Assembly: GCA_045533345.1 (NCBI GenBank)
Contig: JAZSHO010000171.1
Location: 9,323 to 73,322, forward strand
DNA from: Faecousia sp.
GTDB taxonomy: Bacteria > Bacillota > Clostridia > Oscillospirales > Oscillospiraceae
DNA: 64,000 nucleotides
Direction of reading: 5' to 3'
Shown: positions 1 to 10,900 of the stretch, piece after piece
Layout: the number at the start of each line of letters is the position of its first letter
How positions within the stretch are numbered: the stretch's first letter is position 1
Notes under the pieces: model-generated
Seen by the model: the letters and a program-made list of their open reading frames with translations, nothing else
The model's database searches: none
Told to the model about the DNA's origin: nothing
Program-made: the position numbers and the translations under genes

Positions 1-4
1 TCTT

Positions 5-943
5 TTGATGGATGAACCCCTTCTGACCCGGAACAAGGGCGGCCGGTTCGAGGAAGCCAATGTGAAACGGCAAAATAAAGAAATATTTGATTACGATCGC
101 GTGAATCCCCAGACGGATCCCGATGAGGAAGACGACGAGGATGATTACGAAGAAGACGAAGAAGAGGATGAAGAGACCAAGTCCAATACGGCGTTGGTGA
201 TCGTGCTCGTTATTGTGATCATGCTCCTGCTGGCAGCAATCGGATTTGTGTTTTTCAAGTTCTTCCTGCCTACGCTCAATGGCAGCAAAGCACCGGAAAT
301 CCCTGTTACGGAAGCAATCGTGACCGAGGCACCGGAAACGGAAACCACCACCGAACCGACCATTCCCTGCACGGATCTGATTTTGAGCGAAGCACCCCGC
401 TCTCTAAGTAAGGAAGGCCAGTTCTATCTGCTGAATGTGAAGGTTCTGCCGGCGGATACCACCGATACGCTGATGTATGTATCCGGTGATGAAACCATCT
501 GTACGGTTACGGACAATGGCCGGATTGTGGCAGTAGGGGAAGGCGAAACCACTATCTATATCACCTGCGGAAAAATGCAGATCAACTGCCCGGTGGTCGT
601 AAAGTACGAGGAAGAAACCCAGCCTCCCACGGAGGAAACGATGGCTGAGGAGGAAACCGCCGGGGAAGAAAATGAGGAAACAACGGAAGTCACCGGGGAA
701 GAGAATCTGAAAGATGTGGAGCTGAAGCTGATGTCCACGGACAGAAGTATTAGCGTAGGTTATGGCTTCACTCTGGAGTTGGATTGCGAACTGGATCCCA
801 GTGAGGTGGAATGGAGTGTGGAACACAGCCATATCGCGTCCGTGGACGAAAAGGGCTTTGTCCTTGCCAAGGCAAAAGGCACTACCGCTGTCATTGTCAA
901 GTACGGCGACCAGGAAGTGCAGTGCATCATTCGCTGCAAGTAA
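5..943 (+). CDS. Membrane-anchored protein with acidic N-terminal tract, one TM helix and two Ig-like (Big_2-type) domains; 5' end probably lies outside the window
   Basis: TM segment ALVIVLVIVIMLLLAAIGFVFF; two repeats resembling Big_2 (SGDETICTVTDNGRIVAVGEGETTI, SVEHSHIASVDEKGFVLAKAKGTTAV). Confidence 0.7.
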   Translation: MMDEPLLTRNKGGRFEEANVKRQNKEIFDYDRVNPQTDPDEEDDEDDYEEDEEEDEETKSNTALVIVLVIVIMLLLAAIGFVFFKFFLPTLNGSKAPEIPVTEAIVTEAPETETTTEPTIPCTDLILSEAPRSLSKEGQFYLLNVKVLPADTTDTLMYVSGDETICTVTDNGRIVAVGEGETTIYITCGKMQINCPVVVKYEEETQPPTEETMAEEETAGEENEETTEVTGEENLKDVELKLMSTDRSISVGYGFTLELDCELDPSEVEWSVEHSHIASVDEKGFVLAKAKGTTAVIVKYGDQEVQCIIRCK

Positions 944-954
944 AAAGGATACAA

Positions 955-986
955 AAAGGGACCGCCATCTGGCGGTCCTTACTTTT
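955..986. terminator. Bidirectional intrinsic terminator
   Basis: GGACCGCC-atct-GGCGGTCC hairpin with A/T runs, between convergent genes. Confidence 0.75.
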
Positions 987-1502
987 TTAGAGAAGATAAC
1001 CTTTCTCCCGGAACTCTCGTTCAATCAGATCCAGAAGTTTTTCCGAAGGGGCGGCAATGGTGTGATAATGGCAATCGTCAGTCAGAACCTTCAGAGGATT
1101 GTCCCGGCACAGGGAAAGCCGTTGGGAGAAATCCTGGGCATCCTGGGGGGTCTCAATCAGAAGGTCGACCCGAATCTGCCCGTAAAGCTCATGCTCCACA
1201 GCCACATCCAGCACTTTGCCGCCCAATTCGATGACAGTCAGAAATTCATCCAGCACCTGGGAGGTACTATGCTTTACAAAAAATACCCGTTTGGGCTGAT
1301 CGTCCCGGGTAATTTCCGAACGGTACAGATATCCTTTGTTGGTAGAAAGGATTCCGTGATTTTCTGCCCGCATCAGGGCAATGTCCTGGACGATGACCTG
1401 GCGGCTTACATGAAAATGCTTTGCCAGGGCGGCACCGGAAAGGGGAGGCCCCTGCTCCTTCAGCATGGATAAAATATTCGCTCTGCGTTCCTCGCCGGTC
1501 AT
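987..1502 (-). CDS. niaR: Niacin-responsive repressor NiaR (YrxA; HTH + 3H domain)
   Basis: MTGEERR...LAKHFHVSRQVIVQDIALMRA HTH; 3H-domain histidines (VKH, VEHELYG, HYH); GGAGGG RBS before ATG at 1502. Confidence 0.88.
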   Translation of the reverse strand: MTGEERRANILSMLKEQGPPLSGAALAKHFHVSRQVIVQDIALMRAENHGILSTNKGYLYRSEITRDDQPKRVFFVKHSTSQVLDEFLTVIELGGKVLDVAVEHELYGQIRVDLLIETPQDAQDFSQRLSLCRDNPLKVLTDDCHYHTIAAPSEKLLDLIEREFREKGYLL

Positions 1503-1570
1503 GATACATCCCTCCTGGTAAATCTGTATTTTCTTTGTACCATATTCCGGGAAAGTTGTCAAATTGTTTC

Positions 1571-1626
1571 TTGACAAGGCAGAAAAGGGGTGTATAATTG
1601 ACAATGCAACTGACAAGACACCTATA
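1571..1626 (+). promoter_or_regulatory. SigA promoter plus candidate NiaR operator
   Basis: TTGACA (1571-1576), 16 bp, TATAAT (1593-1598); 1604-1626 reads TATAGGTGTCTTGTCAGTTGCAT on the - strand, resembling the TGT-N4-ACA-type NiaR box. Confidence 0.65.
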
Positions 1627-1650
1627 TAGACAGGAGAAAGTACGATCGGT

Positions 1651-2730
1651 ATGAAAGAATTTTTCAAACGTAAAAACATCGTTTTTTCCGCCCGCAGATA
1701 CGGAATCGATGCTCTGGGGGCTATGGCCCAGGGTTTGTTCTGCTCTCTGCTGATTGGCACCATTGTCAAAACGCTGGGACAACAGCTTTCCATTCCATTC
1801 CTAGTGGAGGTAGGCGGCTATTGCTCCGCCATGAGCGGCCCTGCCATGGCAGTGGCCATTGGTTATGCACTGCAGGCACCACCCTTGGTGCTGTTCTCCC
1901 TGGCAACGGTAGGCTATGCGGCCAATGCCCTGGGCTCCACCACCTTGTCCGGTACTGCCGGCGCAGGCGGCCCCTTGGCAGTGCTGCTGATTGCCATTGT
2001 GGCGGCAGAGTGCGGCAAGGCCGTTTCCAAGGAAACCAAGGTTGATATACTGGTTACTCCGCTGGTAACCATCCTCTCCGGTGTTGGCCTGGCTGCGCTG
2101 GTGGCACCTGCCATTGGTACTGCCGCTTCCTCCGTAGGTGAATTCGTAGAATGGGCCACGGTTCTGCAGCCTTTCTGGATGGGCATTTTCGTTTCTGTGG
2201 TCATCGGCGTGGCGCTGACACTACCTATTTCTTCTGCGGCAATTTGTGCTGCCCTGGGCCTTTCGGGACTGGCAGGCGGCGCAGCCGTTGCCGGCTGCTG
2301 CGCCCAGATGGTTGGCTTTGCGGTGCTGTCCTTCCGGGAAAACCGCTGGGGCGGTCTGGTCAGCCAGGGTCTGGGAACTTCTATGCTGCAGATGGGTAAC
2401 ATCGTGAAAAACCCTAAGATTTGGATTCCTCCCACGTTGGCATCTGCCATTACCGGTCCCATTGCCACCTGTTTGTTCCGGTTCCAGATGAATGATCCTG
2501 CCGGCGGTGTGGCCTCCGGCATGGGTACCTGCGGCATGGTTGGTCCCATCGGTGTGTACGCCGGTTGGGTCAACGATGTGGCCATCGGTGCCAAGGATGC
2601 CATTACCGGCATGGACTGGCTGGCTATGGCGCTGATCTGCTTTATTCTTCCTGCGGTACTGACCTGGCTGATTGGCATTCTCTGCCGAAAGCTGGGCTGG
2701 ATCAAAGAGGGCGACTTAAAGCTTGACTAA
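1651..2730 (+). CDS. PTS-EIIC-like (PfoR/NiaY family) integral membrane permease
   Basis: Multi-TM protein with MAQGLFCSLLIG, LTLPISSAAI and GLGTSMLQMGNI motifs; divergent from niaR. Confidence 0.75.
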   Translation: MKEFFKRKNIVFSARRYGIDALGAMAQGLFCSLLIGTIVKTLGQQLSIPFLVEVGGYCSAMSGPAMAVAIGYALQAPPLVLFSLATVGYAANALGSTTLSGTAGAGGPLAVLLIAIVAAECGKAVSKETKVDILVTPLVTILSGVGLAALVAPAIGTAASSVGEFVEWATVLQPFWMGIFVSVVIGVALTLPISSAAICAALGLSGLAGGAAVAGCCAQMVGFAVLSFRENRWGGLVSQGLGTSMLQMGNIVKNPKIWIPPTLASAITGPIATCLFRFQMNDPAGGVASGMGTCGMVGPIGVYAGWVNDVAIGAKDAITGMDWLAMALICFILPAVLTWLIGILCRKLGWIKEGDLKLD

Positions 2731-2736
2731 CGTAAG

Positions 2737-2770
2737 AAACGGCAGTTCTTTCCCGGAACTGCCGTTTTTC
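2737..2770. terminator. Bidirectional intrinsic terminator
   Basis: AAACGGCAGTTC...GAACTGCCGTTT hairpin. Confidence 0.7.
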
Positions 2771-2974
2771 TTATTCCCCTTCCACGAAGACCCTTCTGCG
2801 AAACAGGAGGGAAACGCACCAAAGGCCAGCCAGAGCCACCAGGGTATACACCAGCCGACTGAACAGGGAACCGGAGCCTCCGAAGAGCCAGGCCACCAGA
2901 TCAAAACGGAAAATGCCCACAAGACCCCAGTTGATACAGCCAATAATGGAAAGAATCAGTGCAATGGTATCCAT
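2771..2974 (-). CDS. DUF378 (YuzA-like) small membrane protein
   Basis: IIGCINWGLVGIFRFDLVAWLFG signature; 67 aa from ATG at 2974. Confidence 0.85.
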   Translation of the reverse strand: MDTIALILSIIGCINWGLVGIFRFDLVAWLFGGSGSLFSRLVYTLVALAGLWCVSLLFRRRVFVEGE

Positions 2975-3108
2975 GAAAAACCTACCTTTCTGACTATAGG
3001 ATATTCCTAGGATGCACACATTCGGGGAAATTATAAATTGTCATTGCAAATTATTTGATTCGACAGTATAATAGCCAATAGACATTAACCCAATGGGAGG
3101 ATATCGAT

Positions 3109-3966
3109 ATGACGACCCTTTATGAAGGCGCCTTTGCGAAATTGAATTTGACCCTGGACGTACTGGACAAGCGGGAGGACGGCTTCCATGATCTGCAGAG
3201 TGTCATGCAGACCATCTCTGTCCGGGACGATGTGGAAATCGACATCGGCACCGGCAAGCCCTGGAAGCTCCTTTGCGATAAGGAAGGCATTCCCACCGAC
3301 GAAAGCAACCTGGCCTGGAAAGCTGCAAAGGTTTACTGCGACGCTATGCACAAGGATCCGGGCGGTATCGAAATCCGCATCACCAAGCGCATTCCCTCCG
3401 GTGCCGGCATGGGCGGCGGCAGCGCTGATGCCGCTGCGGTTCTAAGAGCGCTGAACCACCATTACGGAGATCCTCTTTCCATTTTTGCCCTTGCGGAACT
3501 GGGCGCTCAGGTAGGCAGTGATGTGCCTTTTTGCGTCCTTTGCGGTACCGCTATGGTGGAGGGCCGGGGCGAGCGGCTGCGGAAGCTGCCGGACATGCCC
3601 GACTGCATTTTCGTCATCGTCAAACCCGAGTTCTCCGTTTCCACCCCCGATCTGTATAAGAAGATCGATGAAGTGGCCATCGCCAAGCGCCCCGATAACA
3701 AGGCTATGGAAAGCGCATTGCTTGCCGGTGACCTGCTGAAGGTTTCTCACAATCTGTGCAACGTCTTTGATCCTGTGGTGACGGAAGACCATCTGGAGCT
3801 GAACTACATTAAGTCTTTGTTTCATCAGTACGGTGCCGTGGGCTATCAGATGACCGGCTCCGGCAGTGCAGTCTTTGCTATCGTATCCGAGTTTGAGGTG
3901 GCGGCTGTCATCTGTAATATGCTGAAAGAAAACTACTCCCAGGTTTTTATCGGTAAGCCTGTATAA
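3109..3966 (+). CDS. ispE: 4-diphosphocytidyl-2-C-methyl-D-erythritol kinase
   Basis: AKLNLTLDV, KRIPSGAGMGGGSADAA GHMP motif, GSDVPF, MTGSGS. Confidence 0.95.
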   Translation: MTTLYEGAFAKLNLTLDVLDKREDGFHDLQSVMQTISVRDDVEIDIGTGKPWKLLCDKEGIPTDESNLAWKAAKVYCDAMHKDPGGIEIRITKRIPSGAGMGGGSADAAAVLRALNHHYGDPLSIFALAELGAQVGSDVPFCVLCGTAMVEGRGERLRKLPDMPDCIFVIVKPEFSVSTPDLYKKIDEVAIAKRPDNKAMESALLAGDLLKVSHNLCNVFDPVVTEDHLELNYIKSLFHQYGAVGYQMTGSGSAVFAIVSEFEVAAVICNMLKENYSQVFIGKPV

Positions 3967-3990
3967 CATTGCCATAATCCGTCCATACTG
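3961..3990 (+). promoter_or_regulatory. Putative sigF/sigG-type promoter for spoIIR
   Basis: GTATA-N15-GTCCATACTG upstream of spoIIR. Confidence 0.5.
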
Positions 3991-4019
3991 GAAGTATTTC
4001 GGTATGGACGGTGTTTTTT

Positions 4020-4634
4020 ATGAGAAAATTATGGAATCGGGTACTGTTTTGCTTTCTCCTGGCGGCATTTTTCTGGTGCGGTACTATAATTGCAGACCGG
4101 CAGCGGCTTCGGGAGGAACTGATTCGCCTCCATGTGGTGGCAAATTCCGACAGCGAAGCGGACCAAGCGGTAAAACTGCAGGTCCGGGACGCGGTGATGG
4201 AAAGTCTGCAAACGGCAATGGCGGATCTGGGGGACATAGAGCAGGCGAAGGCATACATTCAGCAGAACATTCCAAAGATTCAATCCCTTGCCAATTCCGT
4301 TTTAGCTCAGGCAGGCTTTGACAGCGAAGCGGCGGTGACGCTGTGCAAGGAAACCTTTGACAAGCGGGTCTATGATACCTTTACGTTGCCTGCCGGGGTC
4401 TACGAATCTCTGCGGATCACCATCGGAGAAGGAGAGGGGAAGAACTGGTGGTGTGTGGTGTTCCCAAGCCTGTGCCTTCCAGCAGCCGGGGAAGGTTTTG
4501 AAGATGTGGCTGCGGGAGCAGGATTTCCCGATTCTCTAAATGGGGCCTTGACCGGAGAAGAGAGGTACGAGGTTCGCTTTTTCCTCCTTGACCTTCTGGG
4601 CCGGGCGGAAAATATCTTTTTCACGGAAAAATAA
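4020..4634 (+). CDS. spoIIR: Stage II sporulation protein R
   Basis: LIRLHVVANSDS, LPAGVYESLRITIGEGEGKNWWCVVFPSLC. Confidence 0.93.
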   Translation: MRKLWNRVLFCFLLAAFFWCGTIIADRQRLREELIRLHVVANSDSEADQAVKLQVRDAVMESLQTAMADLGDIEQAKAYIQQNIPKIQSLANSVLAQAGFDSEAAVTLCKETFDKRVYDTFTLPAGVYESLRITIGEGEGKNWWCVVFPSLCLPAAGEGFEDVAAGAGFPDSLNGALTGEERYEVRFFLLDLLGRAENIFFTEK

Positions 4635-4697
4635 TACCCTATAAATTGGACAGAATCTGTGCTATCATATAAAAAACAGAAAAAAGGAGGCGGCGCC

Positions 4698-7600
4698 ATG
4701 CTGCATCTGCTTTTGGGCCGCGACTGGACGGCCAACCGGGAGGAGATTCTGCACAGAATCTCCCTGGATGTGCATCAAAGAAAGAACAATCGGATTCTGA
4801 TGGTTCCGGAACTGATCAGCCACGATATGGAGCGGCGGCTCTGCGCCGCGGCGGGGGATACCGCCAGCCGTTATGCGGAGGTCCTGTCCTTTACCCGCCT
4901 GGCCCGCCGTGTGGCGGATACCATGGGCAGCGCGGCAGAGGAATGTCTGGACAATGGCGGCCGGGTAGTTGCCATGGCTTCTGCCGCCCGACAGCTGAGC
5001 AGCCGCTTAAAAGCTTACGCGGCTGTGGAAACCCGCCCGGAGTTTTTGACCGGGCTTATTGACGGCGTGGACGAATTCAAGCGCTGCTGCATTACTTCCG
5101 CGGATTTGGGTCGCGCCGCGGAGGACACGGAAGGCAGTCTGTCCCAAAAGCTGGAGGAACTGGCCCTTCTGATGGAAGGGTATGATGCCTTGTGCAGCCG
5201 GGGCAAACGGGATCCCCGGGACCAGATGACCTGGGTCCTGGAGCAGCTGGAAGAGGGGAATTTTGCCCAGAACCATGTGTTCTACATAGACGGCTTCCCG
5301 GACTTCACCCGGCAGCATCTGGCCATTCTGGAGCATCTGATTCTGTTCAGCCCCAATGTGACCGTTAGCCTTAACTGCGACATGGTGGATTCTCCCTTGC
5401 TGGCCTTTGAGAAGGCAGGCTCCACCGCTGCCCAGATTTTGTCCTGTGCCAGAAAAGCCGGGGTGGAAGTGGAAATTGAATACATAAAGGAAAACCCCAC
5501 ATCCCTTTCCCAGGTGCGGGAAAAACTGTTCCAGGGTCCCATTGCTCAAGGCGCAGCAAATAATTGCCTGCAAACCTTTCGGGCGGAAACCCTTTGGCAG
5601 GAGTGCATGGGTGCTGCCCGGGAAATACAGAAGCTGGTGGCCGACGGCTGCCGTTACCGGGACATTACCCTGGTCTGCACCGATATGGGCGCCTATCAGC
5701 CCCTGGTGGACCTTATCTTCCACCGATTCCACATTCCCGTGTACCGTTCCGGAACCGAGGACATTTTGCAGAAAAGTGTTATCCATACCGTTTTGACAGC
5801 CCTGGATGCGGCGTTGACGGGCTTTGACCAGCGCAGTACCATGACCTACCTACGTTCTGCCTTGTCGCCTCTCAACTCCGATATCTGTGACTTGGTGGAA
5901 AATTACGCCATTATCTGGGGTATACGGGGCCAGAAATGGCTGAATCCCTGGGAAAACCACCCGGAGGGCCTCAGTGGCCTGTGGAACGACCATACCACAA
6001 AACAGCTGGAGATTCTGAACGAAGCCCGCAGCCGGGCCATCGACCCCCTTGCCCGGCTCCACCGGGGATTCCGTGATGCGACAGATTTGCGCGGCCAGGT
6101 GCTGGCCCTGTACCGCTTCCTGGAGGATATCTCCCTGGAAAAGCGGCTCAGCCGCATGGCTCAGGAACTGGATGATGCCGGGGACAACCGCAGCGCCCAG
6201 ATTTTGAACCAGCTGTGGGAAATCTTACTGTCTGCCCTGGAGCAGATGTATGATGTGCTGGGTGACACCCATTGGGAAGGGGAGCATTTTGTCAGCCTCT
6301 TCCGGCTGCTGCTGAGCCAGTACGATGTGGGAACCATTCCTCCTGTGCTGGATGCGGTGCAGATGGGCCCTGTGTCCGCCATGCGCTGCCATCAGCAGAA
6401 ACATCTGATTGTTCTGGGTGCGAAAGAAGGCAGCCTGCCTGGTTACACCGGCACTTTCGGCGTGCTGACGGACCAGGAGCGTGTCACTCTGCGGCAGTTG
6501 GGTGTGCCTCTGACCGGCGGCAATCTGGAGGGAATCCAGGCAGAATTCGCCGAAATTTACGGTGTCTTCTGCGGCGCCATGGAAAGCATCCGGGTGTTCT
6601 GCTCCGGTGAGCAACCCTCTTTTGTGTTCCGACGTCTTGCAGAACTGGCAGGCGGGGAACAGAAAGTGGAAACACCTTTGGACTTTGCCTCTGCCGATGC
6701 CCGGGAAGCCGGCGCCTGGCTTGCCCGCTGGAACGCAGCAGATGCTGCCCAGCGGCTGCAAGTGCTGGACAGCTACCGGGATACCTGTGCCCAGAGGGAT
6801 TATACCCTGGGTAAGGTTGATAAGGAACGAATTGATGCCCTTTATGGCCAAACCTTGAACCTGTCTGCCTCTCAGATTGACCGGCAGGCAGAGTGCCGCC
6901 TGTCTTATTTCCTCAAATACGGTCTCCGGGCTCAGGAGCGGAAGGAAGCGACTGTGGACCCGGCTGAATTTGGTACTTACGTCCATGCGGTGCTGGAAAA
7001 CACCGCCCGCTGCATCCGGGTCATGGGCGGCTTCCGGCAGGTTTCTCTGGAGGAAACCATGGAAATCGCCCACCGCTTCAGCGAGGAATACGCTGCGGAG
7101 CATTTCAGCCAGCTGGAATCGGAGCGTATGACCTACCTGTTCCGCCGAAACACCCTGGAACTGGATATGGTGGTCCGGGAGCTGTGGACGGAACTGAAGG
7201 ATTCCCTGTTTGAACCTAAGGATTTCGAAGTGAATTTCGGCGGCGAGGGGGGACTTCCTCCCATTGCGGTTCCCAATGAGGGCATGAATGCCATCTTGCG
7301 TGGCTTTGTGGACCGGGTGGATACCTGGGACTTCGGCGGGAACAGCTACTATCGGGTGGTGGACTACAAAACCGGCAAAAAGGACTTTGACTACTGCGAT
7401 GTATTCAACGGTGTTGGATTACAGATGCTGCTGTATATGTTTGCCTTGAAGCACAGCGGTGAAGATCTGCTGGGCGACCATCCCGTGGCCGCAGGTGTGC
7501 AGTATTTCCCTGCAAGAGCGCCCTACATTCTCTCTGACGGTATGCTGGAAGAGATGGATGCAGAACAGCTGCGCCAAAAGGAATGGAAACGCCGGGGACT

Positions 7601-7955
7601 GCTGCTGCAGGACGAGCAAGTCTTGCAGGCCATGGAACCGGGCGAGATTCCCAAGCGTATGAATTACACCGTCAAAAAAGACGGCAGCCTTTCCGGTGAC
7701 CTGGCGGACCGGGATCAGCTGAAACTTTTGGAGAAGTATGTCTTCCGGGTCCTGGGAAAAATGGTGGAGGACATTGCTTCCGGTAACGTGGAACCCAACC
7801 CTTACACCCGGGGAAGTTCCCACAATGCCTGTGCTTTCTGCCCCTATGGTACCATTTGCCATAAGGATACCGTAGAAGGCCGCAGAAACTATAAAAAGAT
7901 GGAAGCCCGGGAATTTTGGGAGGAAGTCGGAAAGGAGATGCACCATGGCGGATAA
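4698..7955 (+). CDS. addB: ATP-dependent helicase/nuclease subunit B
   Basis: Degenerate helicase N-terminus; RGFVDRVD...VVDYKTG nuclease motif; C-terminal CAFCPYGTIC Fe-S motif; overlaps addA. Confidence 0.9.
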   Translation: MLHLLLGRDWTANREEILHRISLDVHQRKNNRILMVPELISHDMERRLCAAAGDTASRYAEVLSFTRLARRVADTMGSAAEECLDNGGRVVAMASAARQLSSRLKAYAAVETRPEFLTGLIDGVDEFKRCCITSADLGRAAEDTEGSLSQKLEELALLMEGYDALCSRGKRDPRDQMTWVLEQLEEGNFAQNHVFYIDGFPDFTRQHLAILEHLILFSPNVTVSLNCDMVDSPLLAFEKAGSTAAQILSCARKAGVEVEIEYIKENPTSLSQVREKLFQGPIAQGAANNCLQTFRAETLWQECMGAAREIQKLVADGCRYRDITLVCTDMGAYQPLVDLIFHRFHIPVYRSGTEDILQKSVIHTVLTALDAALTGFDQRSTMTYLRSALSPLNSDICDLVENYAIIWGIRGQKWLNPWENHPEGLSGLWNDHTTKQLEILNEARSRAIDPLARLHRGFRDATDLRGQVLALYRFLEDISLEKRLSRMAQELDDAGDNRSAQILNQLWEILLSALEQMYDVLGDTHWEGEHFVSLFRLLLSQYDVGTIPPVLDAVQMGPVSAMRCHQQKHLIVLGAKEGSLPGYTGTFGVLTDQERVTLRQLGVPLTGGNLEGIQAEFAEIYGVFCGAMESIRVFCSGEQPSFVFRRLAELAGGEQKVETPLDFASADAREAGAWLARWNAADAAQRLQVLDSYRDTCAQRDYTLGKVDKERIDALYGQTLNLSASQIDRQAECRLSYFLKYGLRAQERKEATVDPAEFGTYVHAVLENTARCIRVMGGFRQVSLEETMEIAHRFSEEYAAEHFSQLESERMTYLFRRNTLELDMVVRELWTELKDSLFEPKDFEVNFGGEGGLPPIAVPNEGMNAILRGFVDRVDTWDFGGNSYYRVVDYKTGKKDFDYCDVFNGVGLQMLLYMFALKHSGEDLLGDHPVAAGVQYFPARAPYILSDGMLEEMDAEQLRQKEWKRRGLLLQDEQVLQAMEPGEIPKRMNYTVKKDGSLSGDLADRDQLKLLEKYVFRVLGKMVEDIASGNVEPNPYTRGSSHNACAFCPYGTICHKDTVEGRRNYKKMEAREFWEEVGKEMHHGG

Positions 7956-10900
7956 ACTGACCCCTCAACAGAGGGAAGCAGTCTACAACCGGGGTGGCAA
8001 GCTGCTGGTCAGCGCCGCAGCCGGTTCCGGAAAAACCAAAGTCCTGGTGGATCGCCTGCTGACATATCTGACAGACCCGGCAGATCCTGCGAATCTGGAC
8101 GACTTTTTGATCATTACCTATACAAAAGCGGCTGCTTCGGAACTTCGGGGTAAGATTGCCGCAAAGCTGACGGAGCGCATCGCCCAGGAGCCGGAAAACC
8201 GCCATTTGCAAAAGCAGATGCAGCGGCTGTTTCTGACGAAAATTTCCACTGTTCATGGCTTCTGTTCCGACATTCTCCGGGAGTATGCTTACCGGCTGGA
8301 CATTGCAGCGGATTTCCGGGTAGCGGATGAAAATGAATGCCGGGAAATCAGGGAAACAGTCATGACGGACCTTCTGGACCGGGCCTATGCCAATCTGGGA
8401 GATGACCCGGACTTCCGTGCTTTCGTGGACACCCAGGGTCTGGGCAGGGATGACCGTCTGGTGCCGGATATCCTTGAAAAGGTGTATAACAGCGCAAAGT
8501 GCCACCTGGATCCGGAGGGCTGGCTGGATAAATGCCTGCAGGATGCAGACGTGGCAGAGGTTTCCGATGTGTCGGAAACGGTCTGGGGCCAATATCTGAT
8601 GGAGGAACTGCACCGTTACCTGGATACACAAATCCGGGAGTTCCGTAAATGCGTTGCAGATGCGGAAAGCAGCGACGGTATGGAAAAGGTCTGCCTGAAC
8701 CTGCGTTCCACCCTGACCCAGCTGGAAGAACTGCGCAGCAGTACCACCTGGGATGGCATTGTATCTTTGGGGACTGTGGACTATGGCAGACTGACATTCC
8801 CCAGAAAAAATGTGGATACGGACCTGTGTGACCGAATCAAAGCGGTACGAAACGGCTGCAAAAAAGGTCTGGAAAAGAAACTCAGCGGTTTTGCCAATGC
8901 ATCTGACCAGGTTCTTCTGGATTTGCGTCAGTCCGCCGCTGGGGTCCGGGGCCTTGTGACGTTGGTGCGGCAATTTGACCGGGATTACAGCCAGGCCAAA
9001 AAAAGTCGACGCTGCGTGGACTTCAGTGACCTGGAACACAAGACTTTGGATTTGCTTTTGGGAAAATCCCGCAGCAACCCTTCCGCCGCTGCCACGGAAA
9101 TCGGCAGACGGTACCGGGAAATCATGGTGGATGAATACCAGGACTCCAATGGCGTCCAGGATGCGATTTTCGGCGCATTGACCCGGGAGCGAAACAATTG
9201 CTTCATGGTTGGCGATGTGAAACAGTCCATCTACCAGTTCCGTCTGGCAGATCCCGGCATTTTCCTGAAGAAATACAAAACCTATGTGCCGGCCGGGGAA
9301 GTGGAACCGGGCCAGGGCAGAAAAGTGCTCCTCAGCCACAACTTTCGATCCGGTGCCGAAGTCATTGAGGGCGTAAATGCAGTCTTCCGAACCTGCATGA
9401 GTCCCCGTGTCGGCGGCCTGCATTATACCGAAGGGGAGGCCCTCCGGGAGGGTGTGCCCCATGAACCCATGCCCGATCCGGCGGTGGAGCTTCATTGCAT
9501 TTCCGTCGAAAACGACACCTATGCGGAGGAAGCCGCCTTCGTGGCAGAAAAAATCGAAACCATGCTCCGTACCGGCGCCTTGGTCCGGGGGAAAGAAGGC
9601 TTCCGTCCGGTGGAACCGGATGATATTGTCATCCTGCTCCGTTCTCCCGGCAGTGTTGGCGGACACTACCAAAGAGCGCTGGAGGCCAGGGGCATCCGCT
9701 GCAGTTCCGGCGGCGGAACCAACCTGCTGCAGACCCAGGAAATTGGAACGCTCCGCTCTCTGCTGCAAACCATTGTCAATCCCCGACAGGATATCCCTCT
9801 GATCAGCGCCCTGGCAAGCCCGATTTTTGGCTTTACCGCCGATGATCTGGCTGCCTTCCGCAGCAAAAAACGCAGCGGCAGCGTCTATGATGCCCTGCTG
9901 CGCAGTGATCTTCCCAAAGCCAAAGCGTTCCTGGAAACTTTGCAGACCCTTCGCCGGGAAGCACGGATGAATCCCTTGACCCAGCTGCTGGAGCGGATTT
10001 TTACCCTGACCCGCCTGGACAGCATCTATGCTGCCATGGCAAATGGCGAGGCAAAAAAAGCCAACCTGCAAACCTTCTTCCAGCTGGCAGCGGAATTTGA
10101 AACCGGCAGCCTCCGGTCACTACCCCAGTTTTTGGAGCATCTGGATGCCTTGGAGGAAAAGGGCCTGGTATCTGCTGATGCTTCCAGCGCCGGCTGCGTG
10201 ACCATCATGAGTATCCACAAGTCCAAGGGCCTGGAATTCCCGGTGGTTTTCTTAAGCAGCCTGTCCCGGGTGTTCAACCGGGAGGATCTGCGGGCACAGA
10301 TCCTGTGCGACAAAGAATTGGGTCTTGGCTTGTCTGTGGCAGACCGGGAAAAACGGATTCGTTACCCATCTGCTGCCAAGCGGGCCATTGCCGCGAAAAT
10401 GTGGGCAGAGAGCCTCAGCGAAGAAATGCGGGTTCTGTATGTGGCCATGACCCGGGCAAGGGACCGCCTCATCATGACCTACGCATCCCGGTATATGGAA
10501 AATGATTTGGTGGATGTGGTGTTGAATGCCGATATTGACAACGGCCGGATTTTCTGCCAGGAAGCGGTTTGCCCCGGTGACTGGGTGTTGCTGACGGCGG
10601 TGAAAAGAACCGAGGCAGGACAGCTCCATGCCCTGGGCGGCAGACCTATGGAAACAACGGTTGCAGATGTTCCCTGGAAGATCTGCCTGGCAGAGCAAAC
10701 CGTTACGGAAGAAGCAGTATCCGCCCTCTCGGAACCTCTGCGTGCCATGCCGGAACAGGCGGAAGAAACTCTGGCCGCGGCTCTTTCTTTCCAATATGCC
10801 CATGTTGCGGCAACCCAGGCACCCTCCAAGCAGATTGCCACCGGCCGGAAGGGCCGTGCCAAAGATGCAGAAGCGGCAGAGGATACCCGGGAACAGAAGC

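Noticed and set aside
115-180. GAY/GAR triplet-rich tract
   Set aside because: It simply encodes an acidic low-complexity linker.
7672-10071. Long antisense ORFs (also 23925-25454, 29166-30896, 41487-43109 and the 5' part of 58486-59811)
   Set aside because: They are shadow frames of well-supported genes with no recognisable motifs.
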